Assembly: GCF_003018255.1 (NCBI RefSeq)
Contig: NZ_CP027440.1
DNA from: Escherichia coli
GTDB lineage: Bacteria; Pseudomonadota; Gammaproteobacteria; Enterobacterales; Enterobacteriaceae
Reading direction: 5' to 3' (one strand)
Length of the DNA stretch: 64,000 nucleotides
Below the pieces are notes generated by a model, which saw nothing but the letters and a program-made list of their open reading frames with translations, was not told where the DNA came from and made no database searches. This document shows, in pieces, positions 40,126 through 52,863 of the stretch. Position 1 is the first letter of the stretch; each line of letters opens with the position of its first letter. Made by a program: the position numbers and the translations under genes.

Positions 40126-40764
40126 TTAACTCCGGCCCAGACGCATTTCACGTTCAGCTTCAGTTAAAGAAGCAAGGAAAGAGTCACGCTCAAAGACGCG
40201 GGTCATATAGCCTTTCAGCTCTTTCGCACCCGGGCCGCTGAACTCGATGCCCAGTTGCGGCAGACGCCACAGCAGAGGAGCAAGGTAGCAATCGACCAGG
40301 CTGAACTCATCGCTCAGGAAGTACGGCTTCTGACCGAAGACCGGCGCAATCGCCAGCAGTTCTTCGCGCAGTTGCTTACGTGCGGCATCGGCTTCAGAAG
40401 CTGAACCGTTGATGATGGTGTTCATCAGCGTGTACCAGTCTTTTTCGATGCGATGCATGTACAGACGGCTTTCACCGCGAGCTACCGGGTAAACAGGCAT
40501 CAGTGGCGGATGCGGGAAACGCTCATCCAGATATTCCATAATGATGCGAGATTCCCACAGGGTCAGCTCACGATCCACCAGGGTCGGAACGCTCTGATTC
40601 GGGTTGAGGTCAATCAGATCCTGAGGCGGATTGTCCTTTTCCACGTGTTCGATCTCGAAACTTACACCTTTCTCAGCCAGCACAATGCGGACCTGATGGC
40701 TATAGATGTCAGTAGGACCGGAAAACAGCGTCATTACCGAACGTTTGTTGGCAGCGACAGCCAT
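40126..40764 (-). CDS. sspA: Stringent starvation protein A (GST-like)
   Basis: 212 aa, MAVAANKRSVMTLFSGPTDIYSHQVRIVLAEKGV... Confidence 0.95.
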   Translation of the reverse strand: MAVAANKRSVMTLFSGPTDIYSHQVRIVLAEKGVSFEIEHVEKDNPPQDLIDLNPNQSVPTLVDRELTLWESRIIMEYLDERFPHPPLMPVYPVARGESRLYMHRIEKDWYTLMNTIINGSASEADAARKQLREELLAIAPVFGQKPYFLSDEFSLVDCYLAPLLWRLPQLGIEFSGPGAKELKGYMTRVFERDSFLASLTEAEREMRLGRS

Positions 40765-41100
40765 GAAAACCTCCAGGTATAGTCAGAATTTTTACTGCTA
40801 CCAGCCACCAGGTGGCCAGTCAGAAGTTGTGTTACCCAGTAAGGAACGACTCTCTTTGTTCGAAAATCAAACAAAAAATGAGCAATACCCGACATTTGGG
40901 CAGAAAATTGGATGATAGTTTACCAGATTTTGCGACCTTTGTGGTGAGTCGATGCCGGAAATGGGGAAAAAGAGATGCGCTTTAGTCTGAAATAGTTGAC
41001 TTAGTCCCTTATTGGCGATGTGGTTTTTGTTTTACCTGTCTGTCAGGTGGCAGCAAAAAGCAACTTCCCATTTTTTACGCTGATGCAGATTTTAGCCATA

Positions 41101-41126
41101 AAAAAACCCGCCGAAGCGGGTTTTTT
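41101..41126 (-). terminator. Intrinsic terminator downstream of rplM-rpsI
   Basis: AAAAAACCCGCCGAAGCGGGTTTTTT: hairpin with U-tract on the minus strand, 33 bp after the rpsI stop. Confidence 0.8.
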
Positions 41127-41158
41127 CGCAAATTGTTTTCTGCCGGAGCAGAAGCCAA

Positions 41159-41554
<396 letters not shown>

Positions 41555-41566
41555 CTATAATCCCGA

Positions 41567-42082
<516 letters not shown>

Positions 42083-42213
42083 CTACCCCTTCGAATAGCC
42101 TATGCCAGCACACAAAAAGTTTTGGGAAAAAAACTTTCTTGTAACGTGGGGTCGCAGGATTATAGAGAAGTCGGGGTCAAAGATCGACCCCTTTTTGTGA
42201 TTTGTGGCAGGTT

Positions 42214-43341
42214 TTAACCCGCCAAATGCTCGCGCTTCAGATACTCTTCGCTTTGCATCTCTTGCAGACGTGACAGGCAACGCTGGAACTCAAATTTCAG
42301 CCGCTCGCCCTGATAAATGTCATATAGCGGCACTTCTGCACTCACCACTAATTTGACATGGCGCTCGTAAAACTCATCCACCAGCGCAATAAAACGTCGC
42401 GCTTCGCTCTCCATCAACCGCGTCATAACTGGTACATCAAACAACATGACTGTGTGAAAGAGGCGTGAGAGCGCAATATAGTCATGCTGACTGCGGGCGT
42501 CGACGCACAGCGTAGTAAAAGAGACCGCCAGCGTCTGGTTCTCGACGCCCATTGTCGCCAGCGGCCGATGGTTGATTTCTAATGTCGGTGAATTTTCTCG
42601 TTTCGCCCCCGCCAGCGCCAACCATAGTTTATCCATTTGCGCCCGGGTTTCATCGTTGAGGGGCGAAAGCCACAGATGCGCCTGAGTGAGTGTACGCAGT
42701 CGATAATCAACACCAGCGTCCACGTTCATTACATCACAATGCTGTTTAATGGCATCGATTGCAGGCAAAAAACGCGCACGTTGTAGGCCATTTCGATAAA
42801 GTTCGTCCGGCGGAATATTTGACGTCGCTACCAGGGTAATACCGCGGGCGAACAGGGCTTTCATCAGACCGCCAAGTAGCATGGCATCGGTAATATCAGA
42901 AACAAAAAATTCGTCAAAACAGAGCACGTCAGTTTCTGCTTTAAAGCGATCGGCAATAATTTCCAGCGGATCGGTCTGCCCCTGCAAAGCAGTTAGCTCT
43001 TCATGTACCCGCAGCATAAAACGGTGAAAGTGCAGACGCTGTTTCCGCTCTCCCGGCAGGCTTTGATAGAAAAGGTCCATCAGCCAGGTTTTCCCGCGTC
43101 CTACACCGCCCCACATATATAAGCCACGCACTGGCGTATGCTTTGTGTCTTCGCGTTTACCCCACAGCTTACCGACCCGCGCCATTAGCCCACTCGTCCT
43201 GGGGGCTGGAGGCGTGCTATTGATGAGTTCCTGATAAATAATTTCCAGGCGGCTGACGGCCTCTTTTTGAACGTCGTCGGGTTGATGGCTGCCTTCATTG
43301 AGCGCCTTCAGGTATTGCGATGTTGGGGTAACGCTTTGCAT
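42214..43341 (-). CDS. zapE: Cell division ATPase ZapE (YhcM, AFG1-like)
   Basis: 375 aa; Walker A GGVGRGKTWLMD. Confidence 0.9.
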   Translation of the reverse strand: MQSVTPTSQYLKALNEGSHQPDDVQKEAVSRLEIIYQELINSTPPAPRTSGLMARVGKLWGKREDTKHTPVRGLYMWGGVGRGKTWLMDLFYQSLPGERKQRLHFHRFMLRVHEELTALQGQTDPLEIIADRFKAETDVLCFDEFFVSDITDAMLLGGLMKALFARGITLVATSNIPPDELYRNGLQRARFLPAIDAIKQHCDVMNVDAGVDYRLRTLTQAHLWLSPLNDETRAQMDKLWLALAGAKRENSPTLEINHRPLATMGVENQTLAVSFTTLCVDARSQHDYIALSRLFHTVMLFDVPVMTRLMESEARRFIALVDEFYERHVKLVVSAEVPLYDIYQGERLKFEFQRCLSRLQEMQSEEYLKREHLAG

Positions 43342-43534
43342 GATCTTATTGTTATTCCTTGAATAATCGGTGCGCCGTTGTTCACGGTTGACGAAAAAAA
43401 GGCCGTTCTACACTACGCGATATGCAGTCGGGATTCCACTTCTGTGGAATTAACGGTTATAGTGGCATAATCAGCCGCAGGCATGGAGCCTGAAGCCAAC
43501 ACCCTACGGAAACAAAAGACAACGGGAGATGTTC

Positions 43535-43933
43535 ATGACCTGGGAATATGCGCTAATTGGGTTAGTCGTCGGCATCATTATTGGTGCTGTGGCCATGCGT
43601 TTTGGTAATCGTAAACTACGCCAGCAACAGGCGTTGCAGTACGAACTGGAAAAGAATAAAGCTGAACTGGACGAGTATCGCGAAGAGCTGGTTAGCCACT
43701 TTGCCCGCAGCGCGGAATTACTGGATACCATGGCGCACGACTATCGCCAGCTGTATCAACACATGGCGAAAAGCTCCAGCAGCCTGCTGCCGGAACTGTC
43801 TGCTGAAGCAAACCCGTTCCGTAATCGTCTGGCAGAGTCTGAAGCCAGCAACGATCAGGCACCGGTGCAAATGCCTCGCGACTATTCTGAAGGCGCATCC
43901 GGCCTACTGCGTACTGGCGCGAAGCGCGACTAA
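43535..43933 (+). CDS. zapG: Inner membrane protein ZapG (YhcB, DUF1043)
   Basis: True start MTWEYALIGLVVGIIIGAVAMRFG (ATG at 43535), 132 aa; N-terminal transmembrane helix then coiled coil. Confidence 0.88.
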   Translation: MTWEYALIGLVVGIIIGAVAMRFGNRKLRQQQALQYELEKNKAELDEYREELVSHFARSAELLDTMAHDYRQLYQHMAKSSSSLLPELSAEANPFRNRLAESEASNDQAPVQMPRDYSEGASGLLRTGAKRD

Positions 43934-44086
43934 TTTATTTTTCGGGCGCAGCCATTGCGCCCTCCTCTTCTCTCCCTCCCCGACTATCATTTAATCTGGT
44001 GTCTCATTGTTAGCCGTCTGAAAATTCAATAACATCAAACTGTTTTGAATCTCTTTTCTTATCATTCAGGTACGAGAGTAGGAATA

Positions 44087-45454
44087 ATGAAAAAACAAAC
44101 CCAGCTGTTGAGTGCATTAGCGTTAAGTGTCGGGTTAACTCTCTCGGCGTCATTTCAGGCCGTTGCGTCGATTCCAGGCCAGGTTGCCGATCAGGCCCCT
44201 CTCCCCAGTCTGGCCCCAATGCTGGAAAAAGTGCTTCCGGCAGTGGTGAGCGTACGGGTGGAAGGAACGGCCAGTCAGGGACAGAAAATCCCGGAAGAAT
44301 TCAAAAAGTTTTTTGGTGATGATTTACCGGATCAACCGGCACAACCCTTCGAAGGTTTAGGCTCCGGTGTCATCATCAACGCCAGTAAAGGCTATGTGCT
44401 GACTAACAACCATGTGATTAATCAGGCACAGAAAATCAGTATTCAGCTCAATGATGGGCGCGAGTTTGATGCAAAACTGATTGGTAGCGATGACCAGAGC
44501 GATATCGCCCTGTTGCAAATTCAAAACCCGAGCAAATTAACGCAAATCGCTATTGCCGACTCCGATAAATTGCGCGTCGGTGATTTTGCCGTGGCGGTCG
44601 GTAACCCATTTGGCCTTGGGCAAACCGCCACCTCTGGCATTGTTTCCGCATTAGGCCGCAGTGGGTTGAATCTTGAAGGTCTGGAAAACTTTATCCAGAC
44701 AGATGCTTCCATTAACCGCGGTAACTCCGGCGGTGCACTGTTAAATCTTAACGGTGAGTTAATTGGCATCAACACGGCAATCCTTGCGCCTGGTGGCGGG
44801 AGCGTCGGGATTGGATTTGCCATCCCCAGTAATATGGCGCGAACACTGGCGCAGCAGCTTATCGACTTTGGTGAAATCAAACGCGGTCTGTTAGGCATCA
44901 AAGGCACAGAGATGAGTGCCGATATCGCCAAAGCCTTCAACCTTGACGTGCAGCGTGGCGCGTTTGTCAGCGAAGTGTTGCCAGGTTCTGGCTCGGCAAA
45001 AGCGGGCGTCAAAGCGGGCGATATTATTACCAGCCTCAACGGCAAACCGCTGAATAGCTTTGCTGAGTTGCGCTCTCGTATCGCAACCACCGAGCCGGGC
45101 ACGAAAGTGAAGCTTGGCCTGCTGCGTAACGGCAAACCACTGGAAGTAGAAGTGACGCTCGATACCAGCACCTCTTCGTCGGCCAGCGCTGAAATGATCA
45201 CGCCAGCGCTTGAAGGTGCAACGTTGAGCGATGGTCAGCTAAAAGATGGCGGCAAAGGTATTAAGATCGATGAGGTTGTCAAAGGAAGCCCAGCTGCTCA
45301 GGCAGGCTTGCAAAAAGACGATGTGATCATTGGCGTCAACCGCGATCGGGTGAACTCGATTGCTGAAATGCGTAAAGTGCTGGCGGCAAAACCGGCCATC
45401 ATCGCCCTGCAAATTGTACGCGGCAATGAAAGCATCTATCTGCTGATGCGTTAA
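44087..45454 (+). CDS. degQ: Periplasmic serine endoprotease DegQ (HtrA family, two PDZ domains)
   Basis: True start MKKQTQLLSALALSVGLTLSASFQAVA (signal peptide; ATG at 44087), 455 aa; catalytic GNSGGAL. Confidence 0.93.
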   Translation: MKKQTQLLSALALSVGLTLSASFQAVASIPGQVADQAPLPSLAPMLEKVLPAVVSVRVEGTASQGQKIPEEFKKFFGDDLPDQPAQPFEGLGSGVIINASKGYVLTNNHVINQAQKISIQLNDGREFDAKLIGSDDQSDIALLQIQNPSKLTQIAIADSDKLRVGDFAVAVGNPFGLGQTATSGIVSALGRSGLNLEGLENFIQTDASINRGNSGGALLNLNGELIGINTAILAPGGGSVGIGFAIPSNMARTLAQQLIDFGEIKRGLLGIKGTEMSADIAKAFNLDVQRGAFVSEVLPGSGSAKAGVKAGDIITSLNGKPLNSFAELRSRIATTEPGTKVKLGLLRNGKPLEVEVTLDTSTSSSASAEMITPALEGATLSDGQLKDGGKGIKIDEVVKGSPAAQAGLQKDDVIIGVNRDRVNSIAEMRKVLAAKPAIIALQIVRGNESIYLLMR

Positions 45455-45543
45455 TGTCGTAAACCGGGCATCAGGCTGACGTGTGATGTCCGGTTAACTC
45501 GTGGTATGCTGCTGCCGTTCCCTTTTTTAATGACGCCTCCATC

Positions 45544-46611
45544 ATGTTTGTGAAGCTCTTACGTTCCGTTGCGATTGGATTAATTGTCGGCGCTATTCTG
45601 CTGGTTGCCATGCCTTCGCTGCGCAGCCTTAACCCGCTTTCCACTCCGCAATTTGACAGTACCGATGAGACGCCTGCCAGCTATAATCTGGCGGTTCGCC
45701 GCGCCGCGCCAGCGGTGGTTAACGTTTACAACCGTGGTTTGAACACCAACTCTCACAACCAGCTTGAGATCCGCACCCTGGGATCCGGTGTAATCATGGA
45801 TCAACGCGGTTATATCATCACCAATAAACACGTCATCAACGACGCCGATCAGATCATCGTCGCCTTACAGGATGGACGTGTTTTTGAAGCGTTACTGGTT
45901 GGCTCTGACTCTCTAACCGATCTGGCGGTGCTGAAAATTAACGCCACAGGCGGTTTACCAACGATTCCGATCAATCCACGCCGCGTACCGCACATTGGCG
46001 ATGTGGTTCTGGCGATCGGTAACCCGTACAACCTCGGGCAGACCATTACCCAGGGGATTATCAGTGCCACGGGTCGAATCGGTCTGAACCCGACCGGGCG
46101 GCAAAACTTCCTGCAAACCGATGCTTCCATTAACCACGGTAACTCTGGCGGCGCGCTGGTGAACTCGCTGGGCGAACTGATGGGCATTAACACGCTGTCG
46201 TTTGATAAGAGTAACGATGGCGAAACGCCGGAAGGTATCGGCTTTGCGATTCCTTTCCAGTTAGCGACCAAAATTATGGATAAACTGATCCGTGATGGCC
46301 GTGTGATCCGTGGCTACATTGGCATTGGTGGACGTGAGATCGCCCCATTACATGCGCAGAGTGGCGGCATGGATCAACTGCAAGGGATCGTGGTTAACGA
46401 AGTGTCGCCTGATGGCCCAGCGGCAAATGCAGGCATCCAGGTCAACGATCTGATTATCTCTGTGAATAACAAACCCGCTATTTCCGCCCTGGAGACAATG
46501 GATCAGGTCGCGGAAATTCGCCCTGGTTCGGTGATCCCGGTTGTCGTGATGCGTGACGATAAACAGTTAACATTGCAGGTCACCATTCAGGAATATCCGG
46601 CGACCAACTAA
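45544..46611 (+). CDS. degS: Envelope-stress serine endoprotease DegS
   Basis: 355 aa; N-terminal membrane anchor, GNSGGALVN, one PDZ domain. Confidence 0.93.
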   Translation: MFVKLLRSVAIGLIVGAILLVAMPSLRSLNPLSTPQFDSTDETPASYNLAVRRAAPAVVNVYNRGLNTNSHNQLEIRTLGSGVIMDQRGYIITNKHVINDADQIIVALQDGRVFEALLVGSDSLTDLAVLKINATGGLPTIPINPRRVPHIGDVVLAIGNPYNLGQTITQGIISATGRIGLNPTGRQNFLQTDASINHGNSGGALVNSLGELMGINTLSFDKSNDGETPEGIGFAIPFQLATKIMDKLIRDGRVIRGYIGIGGREIAPLHAQSGGMDQLQGIVVNEVSPDGPAANAGIQVNDLIISVNNKPAISALETMDQVAEIRPGSVIPVVVMRDDKQLTLQVTIQEYPATN

Positions 46612-46629
46612 GGTCAGCGTAAAAAAACA

Positions 46630-46657
46630 AAAACCGGAGTCTGTGCTCCGGTTTTTT
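46630..46657. terminator. Bidirectional intrinsic terminator between convergent degS and mdh
   Basis: AAAACCGGAGTCTGTGCTCCGGTTTTTT with an A-run upstream. Confidence 0.8.
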
Positions 46658-46673
46658 ATTATCCGCTAATCAA

Positions 46674-47687
<1,014 letters not shown>

Positions 47688-47984
47688 TTACAATGACCAC
47701 ATCTCAAGAATGTGTAGTCACGCAAGTTTAGCGTTTATGCATTTAATTGCCGTAATCAGGAACCTAACTTACGTAATTAACAGTCGCTTATGCATTAGCG
47801 CAACATTCCAACAGGTGGTGACAATATACCCTACCGTTCAGCCAAAACAACATCAATTTGATAACAATTAATTTACTTTTAAGCAGAATTTGCATGCCGT
47901 GACGCAGGCATGTTTCTCAATAACGAAATTTGATAAAATCCCGCTCTTTCATAACATTATTTCAGCCTTCTTCAGGGCTGACTG

Positions 47985-48023
47985 TTTGCATAAAAATTCA
48001 TCTGTATGCACAATAATGTTGTA
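47985..48023 (+). promoter_or_regulatory. Tandem ARG boxes (ArgR autoregulatory operator) upstream of argR
   Basis: TTTGCATAAAAATTCATC followed 3 bp later by a second imperfect box TGTATGCACAATAATGTTGTAT; resembles the TGAAT-N4-ATTCA ARG-box consensus; ends 24 bp upstream of the argR ATG. Confidence 0.6.
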
Positions 48024-48043
48024 TCAACCACCATATCGGGTGA

Positions 48044-48517
<474 letters not shown>

Positions 48518-48882
48518 TCTCTGCCCCGTCGCTTCTGGCGGCGGGGAAAATGTTGCTTTTCCCTCTCACCCCCCCTGCTTTCTCCTGCGATTAATTTAAC
48601 GAATAGTGCGTTTTATCGCGACATATCATTCACATAATGAATACATGGGTTAAAAAAAGCACATTATGCAAAATTCATTATCTAATTGAAAAGAATAGAA
48701 TTAATAATAAATAATCGTGTTTTTAATTCTTTTTTGTTATTAAAACTCACATTTTTAACACTTAGTATCAACTGAAACAGTTAGCGTGGTATTAATTAGT
48801 TCAATAATTAGTGTATACTTGATTTTGTGATATGGGTCACGAAACAAAGGCCCAGCTAAAAGATTATGTCGAGGTAAAAATC

Positions 48883-49146
48883 ATGAAAATCAAAACCACT
48901 GTTACTGCATTAAGCGTACTTTCTGTTCTCTCTTTCGGTGCATTCGCTGCCGACTCCATTGATGCTGCACAAGCACAAAATCGTGAAGCAATCGGGACCG
49001 TATCCGTAAGTGGTGTGGCGTCTTCGCCAATGGATATGCGTGAAATGCTGAACAAAAAAGCGGAAGAGAAAGGCGCAACGGCCTACCAGATTACTGAAGC
49101 TCGTAGCGGTGACACCTGGCACGCTACGGCTGAACTGTACAAATAA
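48883..49146 (+). CDS. yhcN: Small periplasmic stress-induced protein YhcN (DUF1471/YdgH-BhsA family)
   Basis: True start MKIKTTVTALSVLSVLSFGAFA (signal peptide; Shine-Dalgarno GAGGT; ATG at 48883), 87 aa. Confidence 0.88.
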   Translation: MKIKTTVTALSVLSVLSFGAFAADSIDAAQAQNREAIGTVSVSGVASSPMDMREMLNKKAEEKGATAYQITEARSGDTWHATAELYK

Positions 49147-49173
49147 ACCCTCATCGTCTTGTCCGACGATATT

Positions 49174-49197
49174 GCCCCCGGTTCGGGGGCTTTTTTT
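49174..49197 (+). terminator. Intrinsic terminator after yhcN
   Basis: GCCCCCGGTTCGGGGGC followed by TTTTTTT. Confidence 0.8.
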
Positions 49198-49200
49198 GCG

Positions 49201-49473
49201 CTAATGACGAACATTAAAACGCAAATGCCCTTCCAGCTCTTCCTCTGCCTCATCAAACAGCAATATTAACGCGCCAAAACGGCGACGCGTTTTCTCTCCC
49301 AGATGAACAAATTCAATCTCAAGTGGTAGCGGCAGGACATCGTTCATTAACACATCCCATAGTGAGTCGAGATCGCGTACCTTATCTTTCGCCAGACCAA
49401 AGGCTTGGCTGAAGTCGCGATAAAAATCCTCCTGACTCTCAATCTCATCAAAATCAAAGGTATAAATATTCAT
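49201..49473 (-). CDS. yhcO: Barstar-like (barnase inhibitor family) protein YhcO
   Basis: 90 aa, [47 protein letters not shown]...; acidic, barstar-family pattern. Confidence 0.85.
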   Translation of the reverse strand: MNIYTFDFDEIESQEDFYRDFSQAFGLAKDKVRDLDSLWDVLMNDVLPLPLEIEFVHLGEKTRRRFGALILLFDEAEEELEGHLRFNVRH

Positions 49474-49533
49474 CTGTTGCCACCGTCACGTTTCACGGCG
49501 AGTTCTGCCGTTCATCGCTAAGTATAGCCATGA

Positions 49534-49561
49534 AAAAACCGACGCTTCGGGCGTCGGTTTT
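49534..49561 (-). terminator. Intrinsic terminator after aaeB (end of the aaeXAB operon)
   Basis: AAAAAACCGACGCTTCGGGCGTCGGTTTT: hairpin with U-tract when read on the minus strand. Confidence 0.75.
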
Positions 49562-49564
49562 GAC

Positions 49565-51532
49565 TTAACTATCGGTCAACGCATGTTGATACTTATGGAG
49601 CATCCCCGCCAGCCGATGAACCGGTTCCGTCACCTGCGGTGGCGCTTGCCAGATGCGTAGCTTTTCCTGGTAGATTTCAAGTTCTTCCAGCAACTGGCCA
49701 AAGTACCGACGACGTTTATCATCGCTACGGGCAGATATCACATGGTCTGCTGTGCGGCGCATTTGTCGGTGAAACGCCGATAAATCCTCGTTAACCGGGA
49801 TCGGCGCATCACGCAGGCGCTGGTGCGCGATAATCATCGTCAGCGCCAGGCGAAATTTCGGCAAATCCCCTGGGAACTTATTCATCAGCAAAAACAGCTG
49901 CTGATAAAGTGCCGGGAGGTGATTCTCTTTACGACGTGCCACATTGGTAGTCATCGCGGAAACAGCGGCAGAAACAAACTGATTAAGCAGTACACGTCCA
50001 GTCCTGTCGCGCGATTTATCCCGCACCAGCAAAATAACGGTGAACGCGAGCACACAGCCGACGATTTGCCCTAATGCGCTGTCGAGAAACTGACTGAAAT
50101 GGAAAGTCATCGGGTTATCCAGCACGATAATATTTATGGTGCTGGCCAGCGCCCCCATCGAGCCCAGTCGCCGTTTCTGTACTTCTATACCGAGGAAAAA
50201 TCCCAGCACTGCCAGGCTAATACACAGCAATAACATGCTTTGTTGGGTATTAGGGATAATCACCAAAAAGTAGAGCAGCCCTAACGGCAGCGCCGCCAGC
50301 GTCCCATAGATAAAGTCGATCGCCACCATGCGTGGATTCGGCAAACGCATTGCCAGTGACGTCACGACCGCAATCATCACCATTGCACCACTGCCGGAAG
50401 TCCAGCCCGTCCACAGCCAGAAAAGCGTCCCCAGAATGCAGGAAAGTGTGGTTCGCCAGAAGTTAACCATCGCATGATGACGTTCGGCTGACTCTACTTT
50501 GACTTCCGGTTCGCCTTGCAGGATCTCTTCTTCAGTAGCGTTGATTTTTGTGTTACTGATAACGCCGCGCTTGAGAAGCTGATAACGCGTTGCCGCCGCG
50601 ACCCAGCTATAAATGGTGACAGGCGTTTCCCGTTCCCCGGTCCAGGCGATAACTCTCCGCAGGCGTTTGAGCTGCTTGTGGACGTCCTGCGCGGTTTCTA
50701 CCGGCGTGTCAAAAAATTCGCGGAAAGTATCAGTGATCAATTCCGGGCGCGTATTCTGAATAAGATAAGTTTCGCAGGATTGGGTAATCAGCGTCAGCGA
50801 TAGCGTATTGATCGCTTTTAAACGTCGATTGGCCCGCGCCCAGCGGGAAGATTCCATATTCAGGTTGCTGCGCATACCTTGTAACGCCGTGGTGCGTCGC
50901 ACCAGATCGCCCCAGGCTTTATCGACAACTTCACCATCGCCATGTTTGATACAGAGTTGCATTAATTGATATTGCGCGACCAGCAAACTTTCCAGCTCTC
51001 GATCCACTTCTTGTTTGATCGATCGCGGAGAAAAGAGCAAATCCGCCATAATCGCACACACAATACCGATAACGATCTCGCTACAACGTTCGACGGCAAA
51101 CTGCGGCGTAAGCAATGGTTCCGGCTGAATGGTGATCACAATGATCAGCGCGGTATAACCGGCCAGCCCCCACGCATACGAGTTTTCTATTCGTACCAGC
51201 GAGGATATCCAGGTACAAAAACCGGCCCAGATACAGCACACCAGAATCATCAATAATGGTGCGCGGATCATCGCAATGATGATTACCAGTCCAGCAATAC
51301 AGCCAATAAATGTGCCGATGATGCGCAAAAAGCCACGATAGCGAATAGCGCCAGAATACGGTTCACCTCCCGCAGCAAAGGCCGGACCGGCGGCAACAAT
51401 CGCCGCTGTCAGTACCGCCCAGCGTGGCGTTTCCAGCTGGAAGTGAAAGCCAACAAACAGCGCCAGTACAATGGCGGTCGCCAGTTTTACCGCAAAGCGA
51501 ATATGTTGATTAGCAATGGAGAAAATACCCAT
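49565..51532 (-). CDS. aaeB: p-Hydroxybenzoic acid efflux pump subunit AaeB
   Basis: 655 aa multi-pass membrane protein, [46 protein letters not shown]... Confidence 0.93.
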
Positions 51533-51537
51533 CGTGA

Positions 51538-52470
51538 TTAACCAAACTCACGCAGGCGATGGGCCATTTTACGGAAGAACGAATCCTGGCTTTCGTCGCG
51601 ATCTTGTTTGCCAGTGACCACCACTGTAGCAGTGGTGCCCGCAGGCCAGATGTTCTCTTGCTGGTTGTCGAGACGAATACGTACCGGAACACGTTGCGCC
51701 AAACGTACCCATTCAAGGTTAGAGTCGATGGTCGCCATCCCTTTGTCGTCACGCGTGCTGCTGGCGTTGGTGACCCCTGCGGCAACACTATCAACAGTCC
51801 CTTTCAGCACTTTGTTACTGCCAAGCGGCGTGATCTCCGCACGATACCCAGGGCGCACCCCTTCCAGCTTAGTTTCTTCCATATAGGCCAGTACATAGAA
51901 GGAGTTCTGTTTCACCAGCGCAACCGCCGTTGATCCTCGAGTAATAAACTCACCGGTATAGACGTTGAGGTTGGTCACCCAGCCATCTGCTGGCGCGCGG
52001 ATGACTGTACGTTCAAGATCCAGTTTTGCCAGATCACGGGTCGCCTGCGCTTTCGCTAACTGATGCAGAACCGTTTGTAGTACGTTGTTGGCCTGATCGA
52101 TCTCTTCGCGAGACATCGCCTGCACACCGAGACGGTTACGACGTCCTGCCTCCTGGCGTTTCTCCTGTGCCAGTACCTGATAATAAGCAACATCGGCTTG
52201 CGCTTCCTCAAGCGCCTTTTGATAGCGCGGCTGGTCGATGGTGAACAGTACCTGTCCTTTTTTCACCAGCTGGTTATCATGAACATTCACCTGGGTAATG
52301 AGTCCAGAAACGTCCGGCGCGATCGCAACGACGTCAGCGCTAAAGCGCGCGTCACGCGTCCACGGGGATTCGGTGTAATAGACCCAGGCATTAAAAATTG
52401 CGATGAAGGCCAGAATGACTAATACGACCGTGATGGCCGTACGGGAGAATTTTCTTATTAGTGTTTTCAC
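51538..52470 (-). CDS. aaeA: Efflux pump membrane fusion subunit AaeA
   Basis: 310 aa, [43 protein letters not shown]... (HlyD-like). Confidence 0.93.
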
Positions 52471-52477
52471 TTCAACC

Positions 52478-52681
52478 TCAAACGAACAGTCGCGATATCA
52501 AATAAAACAAGCAGCAATAGAGCGCGGTGTTGAACAACGCCGGATGCCAGACAAAGTCGTAGATACCTGTTGGCACAAGTACCCGGCGCACCAGCCAGAA
52601 AATCGCCAGTGATAAAAGCAATTCAAAAAATATCGGTGGGAAGGACAGCCCAAACACCACGATAACGGGAAACAGACTCAT
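52478..52681 (-). CDS. aaeX: Small membrane protein AaeX
   Basis: True start [23 protein letters not shown] (ATG confirmed at 52679-52681 on the minus strand), 67 aa. Confidence 0.85.
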
Positions 52682-52863
52682 GTTGACCTTGGTTGTATAG
52701 AGAGAGCAGGCGTTATTATTTTCAGCATCTGTCGCCGCAGAGAAGGGCATGGAAAGCCGGGCGAGAGCAACATTGCTGTAGATTGATATTTAATATATTA
52801 GCGTAACTGTTATGCTGTTATCTATATTATGTGATCTAAATCACTTTTAAGTCAGAGTGAATA

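Noticed and set aside
48524-48546. A possible terminator hairpin right after argR (CCCCGTCGC...GCGGCGGGG).
   Set aside because: The stem is imperfect and the downstream tract (AAAATGTTGCTTTT) is not a clean U-run; too weak to call as a feature without transcript-end data.
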